Assembly (NCBI GenBank): GCA_044870765.1
Contig: JBIOZG010000043.1
Span: forward strand, 1 to 64,000
Direction of reading: 5' to 3'
Length of the DNA: 64,000 nt
Source: Nitrososphaeraceae archaeon
GTDB taxonomy: Archaea > Thermoproteota > Nitrososphaeria > Nitrososphaerales > Nitrososphaeraceae
A model generated the notes under the pieces. The model searched no databases. It was not told the DNA's origin and saw nothing but the letters and a program-made list of their open reading frames with translations. Shown piece after piece: positions 39,720 to 49,304 of the stretch (the first letter of the stretch is position 1; the number at the start of each line of letters is the position of its first letter). The position numbers were made by a program, and so were the translations under genes.

Positions 39720-40426
39720 AGGTATTAGCGGCCATAGATATAATGAAAGGCGACGTAGTAAGATTAACAAAAGGGGACCAATCGACCAAAAAAGTATACA
39801 GTAAAGATCCTGTCCAGGTAGCCAAAAAATGGGAAAAGGACGGTGCGGACATGTTGCACATTATTGACCTTGATGCTGCTTTTGGTAATGATTCTAACAA
39901 CCTTTCTATAATTTCGGAGATACTGCATTCGGTGAATATTCCGGTGCAAATAGGAGGTGGAATCCGCCATGTTGAAAAATTTGAAAATGTTGCTAACATG
40001 GGATTTTCAAAAATAGTGATTGGCACTATGGCCTACCGTAATATTGATGAGTTACGCATTCTGAGCAAAAATTACAGTGACAAAATAATCATTTCCCTTG
40101 ATGAGGTTAACGGAAAGGTAATGATAGATGGTTGGCAATCCTCTTCAGATTTTAAGATTGAAGACGCAATAATCAAGTTTAACAAGCTAGGAATAAACAT
40201 TTTCCTTCTGACTAGTATTGTAAAAGACGGGACTCTTTTGGGACCAGATATTGTTACTTTAAATAGCATTAATACAGATCGAAAATCAAAGATAATAGCT
40301 AGTGGTGGAATATCAAGTTTGATTGATGTGTTAAGGGTTAGAGCAATTGGTTGTGATAGTGTTATACTTGGTAAGGCATTGTATGAAGACAGGTTGGATA
40401 TCAAAAAGGTGAAAGCAATAGCATAA
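39716..40426 (+). CDS. hisA: ProFAR isomerase
   Basis: AIDI..G.VVRL..G, HIIDLDAA, QIGGGIR, DGTLLGPD, IASGG. Confidence 0.95.
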   Translation: MKVLAAIDIMKGDVVRLTKGDQSTKKVYSKDPVQVAKKWEKDGADMLHIIDLDAAFGNDSNNLSIISEILHSVNIPVQIGGGIRHVEKFENVANMGFSKIVIGTMAYRNIDELRILSKNYSDKIIISLDEVNGKVMIDGWQSSSDFKIEDAIIKFNKLGINIFLLTSIVKDGTLLGPDIVTLNSINTDRKSKIIASGGISSLIDVLRVRAIGCDSVILGKALYEDRLDIKKVKAIA

Positions 40427-41229
40427 TGCCGTTATCAAAGAGAATCATTCCATGCCTTGATGTTGATAATGGTAGAGTGGTTAAAGGAATAAAGTTTCGG
40501 GGAGTCAAGGATGCCGGCGACCCTGTTGAACTAGCTAAAAAATACAGTGATCAGGGAGCCGATGAACTTGTTTTCCTGGACATAACGGCGTCAAAACAGG
40601 ACAGGGAGATAATGAAGAGTATGGTAAAGAAAGTAGCCAGCGTTATAGACATACCTTTTACAGTGGGAGGCGGTATTAAGACGCTTGCAGATGCACGGGA
40701 AATTCTTCTTAATGGTGCAGATAAGGTTTCAATCAATACTGCTTCGGTCAAGAACCCTGAACTGGTAACAGAGCTAATGAAAATTTTTGGGAGACAATGT
40801 ATTGTTGTAGCAATAGATGTCAAGAGAAATTACGAAACTGATGATAAACACACCGCAACATCCGGACCTGATAAGGATTACTATTTTGAAGTCATGATAT
40901 ACGGAGGATCCAAAGGAACTGGTATTGATGCAATTCAGTGGGCAAAGAAGGTAGAAGAGCTGGGGGCTGGGGAAATACTGCTTACAAGCATAGATGCAGA
41001 TGGTACTAAAAATGGTTACGATATTGAATTGACAAATACAATTTGCAATAATGTGAGAATACCCGTCATTGCGTCAGGCGGTTGTGGCTCATCTGAACAC
41101 ATGGTCGAGGTATTTAACAAGACTGATGTTGATGCTGTACTTGCTGCTTCAATTTTTCATTATGATAAATTAACTCTAGAGAAAGTCAAGAAAAACTTAG
41201 TCCAAAAAGGAATTCAAACCAGATTATAA
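40426..41229 (+). CDS. hisF: Imidazole glycerol phosphate synthase, cyclase subunit
   Basis: RIIPCLDV..GRVVKG, FLDITAS, LLTSIDADGTK.GYD. Confidence 0.97.
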   Translation: MPLSKRIIPCLDVDNGRVVKGIKFRGVKDAGDPVELAKKYSDQGADELVFLDITASKQDREIMKSMVKKVASVIDIPFTVGGGIKTLADAREILLNGADKVSINTASVKNPELVTELMKIFGRQCIVVAIDVKRNYETDDKHTATSGPDKDYYFEVMIYGGSKGTGIDAIQWAKKVEELGAGEILLTSIDADGTKNGYDIELTNTICNNVRIPVIASGGCGSSEHMVEVFNKTDVDAVLAASIFHYDKLTLEKVKKNLVQKGIQTRL

Positions 41230-41295
41230 ACTTGATTTATTCTCAAATTTCTCTAGGAAGGTAACAAACGTAAAAAAAACGCTCTTAGTTTTATA

Positions 41296-42759
41296 CTAGT
41301 GCAAAGTAAGGGCAAAAATAAATATTCCTGCTATCATTTCGATGGTCAAGAAGTAGTCCTTGATTATCTTTATCTTACTTGCTTTTACCTTTCTAAAACC
41401 TCTGATTATATGTTGATCACGAATAGTAACAAGAGCATACAATCTGGTTAGCGCCATCAAGAAACTTATTCCCAAATACACAGGCAGTATGAAAAGGTCC
41501 ATGGGATTACGTCGCAAATGTGGGAAAATTTTGATTGTCCTTCCGACAAGCCACAAAATGATGATAGAGACGGCTAATCCCCATTGATTTTCAATGACGG
41601 CTATTGATAGAAAAATTGGACCAAGTAATAGCGTAAAGACGGAAATGAAACGATCTATCATAGAAAATGCAAGGTATGGACATTTCCACACCCATCCATT
41701 CCAAAGGCTCTGAAAGTCAGAATTATGACTGTTTCTTGCCCACCTAATTCTTTGCCTGATAAATTGGTCAAATCCTGGAGCAGCAGATGAATAAATTACC
41801 GCAGTGCTTTGATAATATGTCTTCCATCCTTCCTGTTGAATAAGTCTTGTGAAGCATTTATCTTCACCTGACTCTTTCTTCCTGCCAAGAATAATTTCTT
41901 TTAGGAAATATTTGATTTTAGGTTCCAGAATTTCCCTTCGATATAGTGCAGTTTTTCCACTTAGGCAAGAAAGGACCCTTCCTCCAGCCGTCTGCGCAGG
42001 CATGTCCAAATAGTTTCGCATATCCCAGAAAATATCTGTCATCTTCTGCCAGATTGTTCTTCTTTCAATAGGGTGAAATCGAGGGGTGACTCCGCCGATT
42101 TTTGGATCTACTTCGAATGGTCGCAGCGCATTTTCCAAGAAATTAGAGTCCCACATTGTGTCGCTGTCAGTTAAAGCAAGGATCTGACCTTTTGATTCTG
42201 AAATACCGTCAGCTAGTGCGGCTCTCTTGCCAGGTTTTGAAGTTATTATTAATTTAAGATTATTCTTGCCCTGTTGAAATTCTTTAAACTCGGTAATACA
42301 AGATGGATCTGATTTATCTATGACTGCAATTATTTCATACGGATTATTTTTCCACCATGATTCAAGGGATCGCTTAAAGATTTTCTGATCTTCATGATAT
42401 ACAGGTATAATTACCGATACACTAAGATCAGTTGCGCTTCTCAAAGTAGTCTTGGTTGATTCTGGTGTTATCGGAGAATATAGAGTAGCAACTACTTTTT
42501 TGATAAACCATACTGTCCATCTCCAGATACCTATAACACCCAGGGGTATTATTAGCCAATAATTGGACAGCCAACCTGGAAATAAATTCATAGCTATATA
42601 ATTTTGCAAGCCATTAATTTGATAAGTAATATCAGTAATGTCAAACCACAGGGGGGAGAAAATCAGTGAAACCGCAAATCCGATTAGAATTAGATCAAAA
42701 ATTATGTTGCCAAAAATCCCGGTATATTTATGATGGATTTGGCTGTTATGGGATTCCAC
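41296..42759 (-). CDS. Processive membrane GT2 glycosyltransferase, hyaluronan / type-3 capsule synthase-like
   Basis: Two N-terminal TM helices; IPVYHED, GKR, DSD, CLSGKTALYRR, SGED, YQSTA and QRIRW; C-terminal TM helices. Confidence 0.85.
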   Translation of the reverse strand: MESHNSQIHHKYTGIFGNIIFDLILIGFAVSLIFSPLWFDITDITYQINGLQNYIAMNLFPGWLSNYWLIIPLGVIGIWRWTVWFIKKVVATLYSPITPESTKTTLRSATDLSVSVIIPVYHEDQKIFKRSLESWWKNNPYEIIAVIDKSDPSCITEFKEFQQGKNNLKLIITSKPGKRAALADGISESKGQILALTDSDTMWDSNFLENALRPFEVDPKIGGVTPRFHPIERRTIWQKMTDIFWDMRNYLDMPAQTAGGRVLSCLSGKTALYRREILEPKIKYFLKEIILGRKKESGEDKCFTRLIQQEGWKTYYQSTAVIYSSAAPGFDQFIRQRIRWARNSHNSDFQSLWNGWVWKCPYLAFSMIDRFISVFTLLLGPIFLSIAVIENQWGLAVSIIILWLVGRTIKIFPHLRRNPMDLFILPVYLGISFLMALTRLYALVTIRDQHIIRGFRKVKASKIKIIKDYFLTIEMIAGIFIFALTLH

Positions 42760-42928
42760 TATTTTAACTCGATTCCAATATTATTTATTAGTAACTTTTA
42801 TTATTATCTAGAAGTTAATGATGTAAGATGGTTACTGTCAAATTTTACTGTATTTCTTACTTGAAAATCAAAAGGAATTATATAAATATGATTAATTATA
42901 ACCCCCCTATAATAAAGAGGGATTTTGC

Positions 42929-43822
42929 ACGAGTAAGATAAGCATTGTTGGTTCCGGTGTGGTAGGAAGTGCAACGGGCCAGGGATTTCACAAGCTAGGT
43001 CACGAAGTAATTTTTTATGACATTTCAAAGGAAAAGCTGAGGACATTAAAGTCAAATGGTTTCAATGTCGCTGAAGATTTGGGGGATGCATTATCGCAAA
43101 CAGATATTGCATTTGTTTGTGTAAATACTCCCACTCATAATTCACAACAGGACCTTTCGCAGATACTATCGGCGCTGTACCAGCTAGCAAACTATCTAAA
43201 TTCATCTAATAAGCGTCATTTGCTGGTTTTCCGAAGCACTATGTTGCCTGGTACAATGCGCAGCGTAGTGTTAAACTACCTTGAAAAAAATTGCACAAAA
43301 AAGAGAGGGGTTGACTATGAAATTGCATATAATCCAGAATTTCTGAGACAAAATTCAGCGCTCGAAGACTTTTTCAAGCCAGATAGGGTAATAATCGGAG
43401 AAGAGAACGGTAATGATTTGACAAAATTATTGGTGGAAATATACCAACCACTGACAAAACACATAATCAACACATCATTTGAGGCAGCAGAGCTAATCAA
43501 GTATGCATCAAATTGCTTTTTGTCATTAAAGATTTCATTCTTTAATGAAGTAGGCTTAATATGCAAACACTTGGGAATAGATGACAAAGTTGTAAGTTTG
43601 GGCGTATCATTGGATAAGAGAATCGGCAAGTATGGCACTGAATTTGGTAGGCCCTTTGATGGAATGTGTCTTCCAAAAGACACTCAGGCACTAGCCTCAT
43701 TCATAAAGGAAAATAGGATTGAACCCGACTTGCTTGAAGTAGTATTAAACATAAACAAGAAAATAGAAGACCTAACTACCACAAAACAACTAGTTTCAAG
43801 TGCTAGAGAAACTCATTCTTAA
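42929..43822 (+). CDS. UDP-glucose/GDP-mannose dehydrogenase family protein (short form, apparent ACG start)
   Basis: Rossmann KISIVGSGVVG begins upstream of GTG 42959; FVCVNTP, RSTMLPG, NPEFLR, KYASN and GMCLPKD (catalytic Cys); ends before the usual C-terminal domain. Confidence 0.85.
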   Translation, partial: TSKISIVGSGVVGSATGQGFHKLGHEVIFYDISKEKLRTLKSNGFNVAEDLGDALSQTDIAFVCVNTPTHNSQQDLSQILSALYQLANYLNSSNKRHLLVFRSTMLPGTMRSVVLNYLEKNCTKKRGVDYEIAYNPEFLRQNSALEDFFKPDRVIIGEENGNDLTKLLVEIYQPLTKHIINTSFEAAELIKYASNCFLSLKISFFNEVGLICKHLGIDDKVVSLGVSLDKRIGKYGTEFGRPFDGMCLPKDTQALASFIKENRIEPDLLEVVLNINKKIEDLTTTKQLVSSARETHS

Positions 43823-43876
43823 TACCTCAAATTTTACTCTTAAATTTATATTGGGAGCAAAGTTTTTCATTTTTTA

Positions 43877-45121
43877 ATGAAATTGTCTCCTTATGGAATT
43901 TCATTTGTTTTTTTATTGATTCTAAATGTTGCATCAATATCCAGTCTAAATCCTAATCTAAATCTAAATTTAAATCTAAATCCAATCTATGCTCAAGGGA
44001 CAAACTCTCAACAACTGATTGGAGTAAACATGTTAGGATACTACACAAGTTTACCTCAAACACGTGATTTTAAGAATCCTTTCCCTGATAACTATTATGA
44101 TCAGAGTTTTAAGATAATAAAAGAAGGTGGAATGAACCATGTCAGGTATGTGTATTATTGGGAGTCTTATGTGAAGAATCCTACTGCGTTCATTAATGAA
44201 TTGAAATTTGCCGCGACTCTTGCTGATAAATATGGTTTGAAAATAATATATGATAATCACCAGTTCCATACGTCATCCTGGCTTAATCCTCAAAGAGGAA
44301 CAGGATTTCCAAATTTCTTGTTTCAAAATAATTCAGAATACGCCTATGGCAGCGGAGGAGGACCCAAATATCCATCAGCGGTATCGTGGTGGACACACTG
44401 GTGGAACAGAGAGATTACAGATGTAAATGGTACTGACGGATGGACTCTGCAATCTCAATTCTTAAAGAAAGTAGTCAGTACCGTTGATAGCCATCCGAGT
44501 ACTGTAGGATATGAAATATTAAGTGAACCACAGGTGCACAGTGTAGACCAGTGGGATAAAGTCGGAAAGTATAATACATTTTTAGCTGATGAATTGAGAA
44601 AGGTAACAAAAAAAGACATAGTATACAGCATGAGTATTCCTGTTGATCTTAAAAGTAACATAGGAGTTAACGCAACAAATCTTGCAAAAATGACGCCTGC
44701 AAATAAGACAAATACTATTTTCAAATTTAGTATATACGGGCTGCCATCACCGGGAAGCTACCAAGAAGAAAGGCTTAACACGTTCATTGCAGCCGGCAAC
44801 CTTTCCGGAGTTCCTGTTTACATTGGGGAGTGGAATAACGTGGACAGAGATAAAGTAATAAACGAAGAAGGAGACTTTGTCTATGAGATAAATCCAGAAG
44901 AAAGCGACATCACCCCAGCAGACACTAAGGCGATTTTAAAGAAATTCAACCAAATTGATCCATATGGATGGGCTTTTTGGTATTGGAATTTTAGGCCACA
45001 TCGAGTCGAGAACTTTAATCTAGTGACAAGTGATCCCAGCGGGAATTTAATTCCCACGAAATATTTTGATATTCTCAAAAATGCTGTCCAATCGGTCAAT
45101 TCTACCAAAGGTTCCAAATAA
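43877..45121 (+). CDS. Secreted glycoside hydrolase, GH5 / clan GH-A
   Basis: Signal peptide; GMNHVR...WE, IIYDNHQ, YEILSEP (acid/base) and IGEWN (nucleophile), WAFWYW. Confidence 0.82.
   Translation: MKLSPYGISFVFLLILNVASISSLNPNLNLNLNLNPIYAQGTNSQQLIGVNMLGYYTSLPQTRDFKNPFPDNYYDQSFKIIKEGGMNHVRYVYYWESYVKNPTAFINELKFAATLADKYGLKIIYDNHQFHTSSWLNPQRGTGFPNFLFQNNSEYAYGSGGGPKYPSAVSWWTHWWNREITDVNGTDGWTLQSQFLKKVVSTVDSHPSTVGYEILSEPQVHSVDQWDKVGKYNTFLADELRKVTKKDIVYSMSIPVDLKSNIGVNATNLAKMTPANKTNTIFKFSIYGLPSPGSYQEERLNTFIAAGNLSGVPVYIGEWNNVDRDKVINEEGDFVYEINPEESDITPADTKAILKKFNQIDPYGWAFWYWNFRPHRVENFNLVTSDPSGNLIPTKYFDILKNAVQSVNSTKGSK
43946..43984 (+). repeat. Hexamer microsatellite (CTAAAT-like) encoding LNPNLNLNLNLNP
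   Basis: Imperfect 6-bp repeats at the signal-peptide boundary of the GH5 gene. Confidence 0.75.
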
Positions 45122-45316
45122 ACTAATTTGATTGTGAGAATCAAGCCTCTTCTTCATGGTAACATGAAGGCACAAACTGACAAAAAAATACCGGAGAAAG
45201 AAAAATAATTTTTTGAAATACTGACTAACTTTTGACCTAGTGGATTAGTCATGTAGAGCAATATCCATAAGGTTTAATTCATGCATAAACGCCATAGTTA
45301 ACGATAAAGAAGCAAT

Positions 45317-46984
45317 TTGAATTTGCAATTACAACTAAGAGAAGGAACCAAACTGCGATCATTGATATTTATCCTTATTCCTCTTGTTCTTTCTTTTTAC
45401 ACTCACCTTTGGAATCCTACAGGGTTTCCCTCTTTACATACGGATGAGGGTCATTATCTAAGAAAGGCAATTTCCACCGAAACAGGCCAGGGTTTGCAAC
45501 CTCAGGACAGATACCGTGCCCCATATTTTGGGCAGATGTTCCTTGCAGGCATCTTTAGCATTATTAATTACCCTAACCTAGAAGTGCTAGGCAATAGTAA
45601 TCCTGTTGAGCAACTGTACTTGGTTCCCCGTGTAATTATGGGGATTTTGGCTGTAATTGATACTTTTCTGCTGTATAGAATCACAGAATATAGATATGGC
45701 AGGAATGTTGCGATTATAGCCTCCATATTGTTTGCCGTCATGCCATTTACCTGGCTAACTCGGAGAATATTTCTCGAGTCAATTCAGCTGCCCTTTATTT
45801 TAACGTCAATACTGCTTATTCTGAATCTTGGAAGAGGACGCCAACAGGGAATGCAGCGGGATTACCAGCAAGAGAATCAACATCATCAGAGCCACCAGCA
45901 ACAACAATCTCAACAGCAGCAGCAGCAGCAGCAAGCCCACTTACTACAAGCGAAACCAGAAAAAATCAATCCTGACAATAACCGTCCAGGGCTCCAATAT
46001 GCCAAGTTTACTCTCATAATCTCTGGAATTTTTCTAGGACTGGCTATTTTTACAAAGATACCTGCGTTTACAATAATTCCACTGGGAATTATTATGATAT
46101 ATGTAATAACTAGAAAAAAGAGATACATTGTAGTTTGGTTAATTCCCGTGCTTTTGGTTCCAATGATGTGGCCGCTTCACGCCATGCTTAGTGGAGATTT
46201 GGATAATTGGATAAGCGGTGTGCGTTACCAAGTTAGTAGAGACAGGCCATTGATTAATACGATAAATACATTTTTCGAGATAGACCCTGTACTGTTTATT
46301 TTGGGAATGGGCGGTCTCGTCTACGCTGCCATAAAAAAGGACTACTTTGTTCTGATGTGGGCAATTCCTGTTTTTGTCTTCCTTCAAGCAATAGGATATG
46401 TTTCTTCATTTCACTTGATTCTCTTACTACCTCCGCTTTGCGTCGCCGGAGCAAATATGATTGAAAAAATAGGTAAGAATATTTCCAATATCACAATGAA
46501 AAACATGCTACCGTACATCAGAATAGCTGTTATCGGAGTATTTGGTATCTGCAGCATAACCATGCTGATTACTTTGAATATAAATACAACTTATTATCAG
46601 GCACTTGCTTTTGTTCTCTCCAATTTACCCGATAGCAATACCAATTCTTCTGCGATAAGCCCTGCAGACAAGGTAACAGTAATTGGCAATCCCCAGTATT
46701 TCTGGATACCAGAATTTGTTTACAATAAAACATTTGACGCCAAAAACTTCTACAGCAAGACTCCGTTTAAGACAGACAAATACATGATGATAGTTGATAA
46801 TGGGTTTGTCAGAATTTTGAACGGTGATAATACTTCAAGATTAAATTTGGCCTACAACTCCACCCATAATCTAGCAAGATTTGAGCAAAACTTTACGGGA
46901 GGAATTGACCTCAATAAATATCCGTTTACCAATTTAAAATTGAGCCCTGAAACACGCTTTATTGAACTTAGATCCAACTATTAG
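45317..46984 (+). CDS. ArnT/PMT (GT39/GT83-like) polytopic glycosyltransferase with poly-Q insertion
   Basis: TDEGHY acidic motif after TM1, PYFG, RRIFLES, GLAIFTK, multiple TM helices. Confidence 0.85.
   Translation: MNLQLQLREGTKLRSLIFILIPLVLSFYTHLWNPTGFPSLHTDEGHYLRKAISTETGQGLQPQDRYRAPYFGQMFLAGIFSIINYPNLEVLGNSNPVEQLYLVPRVIMGILAVIDTFLLYRITEYRYGRNVAIIASILFAVMPFTWLTRRIFLESIQLPFILTSILLILNLGRGRQQGMQRDYQQENQHHQSHQQQQSQQQQQQQQAHLLQAKPEKINPDNNRPGLQYAKFTLIISGIFLGLAIFTKIPAFTIIPLGIIMIYVITRKKRYIVVWLIPVLLVPMMWPLHAMLSGDLDNWISGVRYQVSRDRPLINTINTFFEIDPVLFILGMGGLVYAAIKKDYFVLMWAIPVFVFLQAIGYVSSFHLILLLPPLCVAGANMIEKIGKNISNITMKNMLPYIRIAVIGVFGICSITMLITLNINTTYYQALAFVLSNLPDSNTNSSAISPADKVTVIGNPQYFWIPEFVYNKTFDAKNFYSKTPFKTDKYMMIVDNGFVRILNGDNTSRLNLAYNSTHNLARFEQNFTGGIDLNKYPFTNLKLSPETRFIELRSNY
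45842..45934 (+). repeat. CAG/CAA-rich poly-glutamine tract
   Basis: (CAG)6 at 45914-45931 within QQENQHHQSHQQQQSQQQQQQQQ. Confidence 0.9.
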
Positions 46985-47049
46985 TTCTTTATTCAGATTT
47001 TTTCCCAAACCATTTAATTTGAGCTTTTACGTTTAGTTCACGTCTCTAA

Positions 47050-48936
47050 ATGCGTATACTTTTGTTACACTCTGATTTTATAGAATACCAACCGATTTCG
47101 AAGGAAATAGAGTCAGCAGAAGAAATCCCTTCAACTTCAAGTAAAAAAATTAATGATGTCATAGTGGCATTAATTGCAGTTGAAAAAGACGATGATGAGT
47201 CGATAATTGATGGTGTTTGCAAGGAATTAAAAACGTACAGCGAGACGATAAAATGCGATAGCATTCTAGTATATCCATATGCTCACCTCAGCTCAGACTT
47301 GGCTAACCCTATAACGGCTCAAGCACTTTTAGTTTCCGTTGAAAAAAAGGCAAAAAGTCTATTTGGCATAGTAAATAGGGCTCCGTTTGGTTGGACAAAG
47401 TCATTTAATGTAAAAATAAAGGGTCATCCTCTAGCAGAACACGCAAAAACAATTCAAAAAAATGCTGACGGAGCCCAGAATAAGACGGGGGGTGCAGACA
47501 CTGAATCAATTGCATTAAAATCAGAAGATACTCTTAACTCGACATGGTATGTATTAGCAACTGAAGGAAACATGATCCCAATAGGTGAATATAGTTTTGA
47601 TAAGAAAACTGCCTTTAGCAAACTTGCCGATTATGAGTTATCAAAAAAGAGAACAGTATCTGAAATACCCCCTCACGTAAAACTAATGAAAAGACTGGCA
47701 TTAGTCGATTATGAACCTTCTTCAGACGGGGGAAATATGCGATACTATCCGAAAGGACGTTTAATGAAATCTTTGATAGAGACGTATGTTACTAAAATGA
47801 TACACGAATATGGTGGAATTGAAGTTGAAACTCCGGTAATGTATGATTCCAATCATCCTTCTATTCATAGTTATTTTAACAGATTTCCAGCCAGACAATA
47901 TAATATACAGTCAGACAACAAACAACTTTTTCTGAGGTTTGCGGCATGTTTTGGTCAGTTTCTAATGGCCAAAGATTTTCAAATTTCTTACAAGCAATTG
48001 CCATTAAAGCTCTATGAATTGACGAGATATTCATTTAGAAGAGAGAAGAGCGGAGAGCTAGTAGGTCTCAGAAGACTCAGGGCATTTAGCATGCCAGATT
48101 GCCATGCTTTTTGCAAAGATATTGATCAGGCAAAAGAAGAGTTTGTAAAGAGATTTGACTTGTCATTAAAAGTAATTGAAGGTCTTGGTATTTCACCAAA
48201 CGACGATGTGGATATGGTTATCCGCTTTACTTCAGAGTTTTATGAACAAAATAAAGAATTTATTAAAGAATTTGCGGCGAGAATGAAGAAACCAATTCTT
48301 GTAGAGATTTGGAAAGAAAGATTCTTTTATTTTATTGTAAAATGGGAGTTTAATTTCGTAGACAGTATGGGAAAAGCTGCTGCATTATCGACCGACCAAA
48401 TAGACGTTGAAAATGGCGAAAGATACCACATTGAATTTGTTGACAGTGACGGCGAGAAAAAATATCCAATTATTTTGCATAACTCTCCGAGTGGCGCTGT
48501 TGAGCGCGTAATATTTGCATTGTTAGAAAAATCGGACAGGGACGCTACCAGCGGCAAAGTCCCAGCTTTGCCATTATGGCTATCACACACACAGGTGAGA
48601 ATTATTCCGGTTGCGTCAAAACATTTAGAATTCGGCCAGAAAATTTTAAGTGAATTGGACAGAAATAATATCAGAGCAGACATTGACGATAGAGAGCTTT
48701 CTGTGGCAAAAAAAATCAGAGAAGCCGAATCAGAGTGGATTCATTTCATTATTGTGATTGGAGATAAAGAAGTAGAGGGCGGAGAATTGGTGGTTAGAGA
48801 AAGATTATCCAAGTCTCAGTATGGTATCAACCTGGAAAATCTGATAAAAAACATCAAGTTACAAGTTTCAGACAAGCCATATCTACCACTAAATTTGCCT
48901 AGCTATCTGTCTAAGCGACCAATAATCATGGCTTGA
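47050..48936 (+). CDS. thrS: Threonine--tRNA ligase, archaeal type with N-terminal editing domain
   Basis: MRILLLHSD, YPYAHLSS, APFGWTK, LRFAACFG, FRREKSGEL, PDCH, HNSPSGAVER. Confidence 0.97.
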   Translation: MRILLLHSDFIEYQPISKEIESAEEIPSTSSKKINDVIVALIAVEKDDDESIIDGVCKELKTYSETIKCDSILVYPYAHLSSDLANPITAQALLVSVEKKAKSLFGIVNRAPFGWTKSFNVKIKGHPLAEHAKTIQKNADGAQNKTGGADTESIALKSEDTLNSTWYVLATEGNMIPIGEYSFDKKTAFSKLADYELSKKRTVSEIPPHVKLMKRLALVDYEPSSDGGNMRYYPKGRLMKSLIETYVTKMIHEYGGIEVETPVMYDSNHPSIHSYFNRFPARQYNIQSDNKQLFLRFAACFGQFLMAKDFQISYKQLPLKLYELTRYSFRREKSGELVGLRRLRAFSMPDCHAFCKDIDQAKEEFVKRFDLSLKVIEGLGISPNDDVDMVIRFTSEFYEQNKEFIKEFAARMKKPILVEIWKERFFYFIVKWEFNFVDSMGKAAALSTDQIDVENGERYHIEFVDSDGEKKYPIILHNSPSGAVERVIFALLEKSDRDATSGKVPALPLWLSHTQVRIIPVASKHLEFGQKILSELDRNNIRADIDDRELSVAKKIREAESEWIHFIIVIGDKEVEGGELVVRERLSKSQYGINLENLIKNIKLQVSDKPYLPLNLPSYLSKRPIIMA

Positions 48937-49013
48937 TTCGACGCAATAATCACATGCTAAAACCGGGTTTTTAACTCTAATGTTTTTATATTTCGTAACT
49001 AGATCCCTTTCAA

Positions 49014-49223
49014 ATGGGAAGAGTGGACAAAGGAGTAAACTGCAGCGTAAGCGGTTGCGAAAATCCAGCGGAAAGATCCATAAGTGGAAGTAAGGCGAGC
49101 ATGGCTTCAGATTTGCAAGTTAATACGTCAAACAAAAGAGTCTATTTGTGCAGGCCGCATTACAAAGATTGGAAAAAGGCAACCAAGGAAGATAGAGAAA
49201 ACGAAAGAGCTAGATGGGGCTAA
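49014..49223 (+). CDS. Small zinc-binding hypothetical protein
   Basis: 69 aa; CSVSGC...LCRPHY; TATA-like TTTTATAT upstream. Confidence 0.75.
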   Translation: MGRVDKGVNCSVSGCENPAERSISGSKASMASDLQVNTSNKRVYLCRPHYKDWKKATKEDRENERARWG

Positions 49224-49304
49224 CCAATCAATAATGCAAAGACAAACAAATGGGAAATTGAAAATTTAAAAGCTCATCTGTTTAAAAACCCAAGATAAAC
49301 CAAA

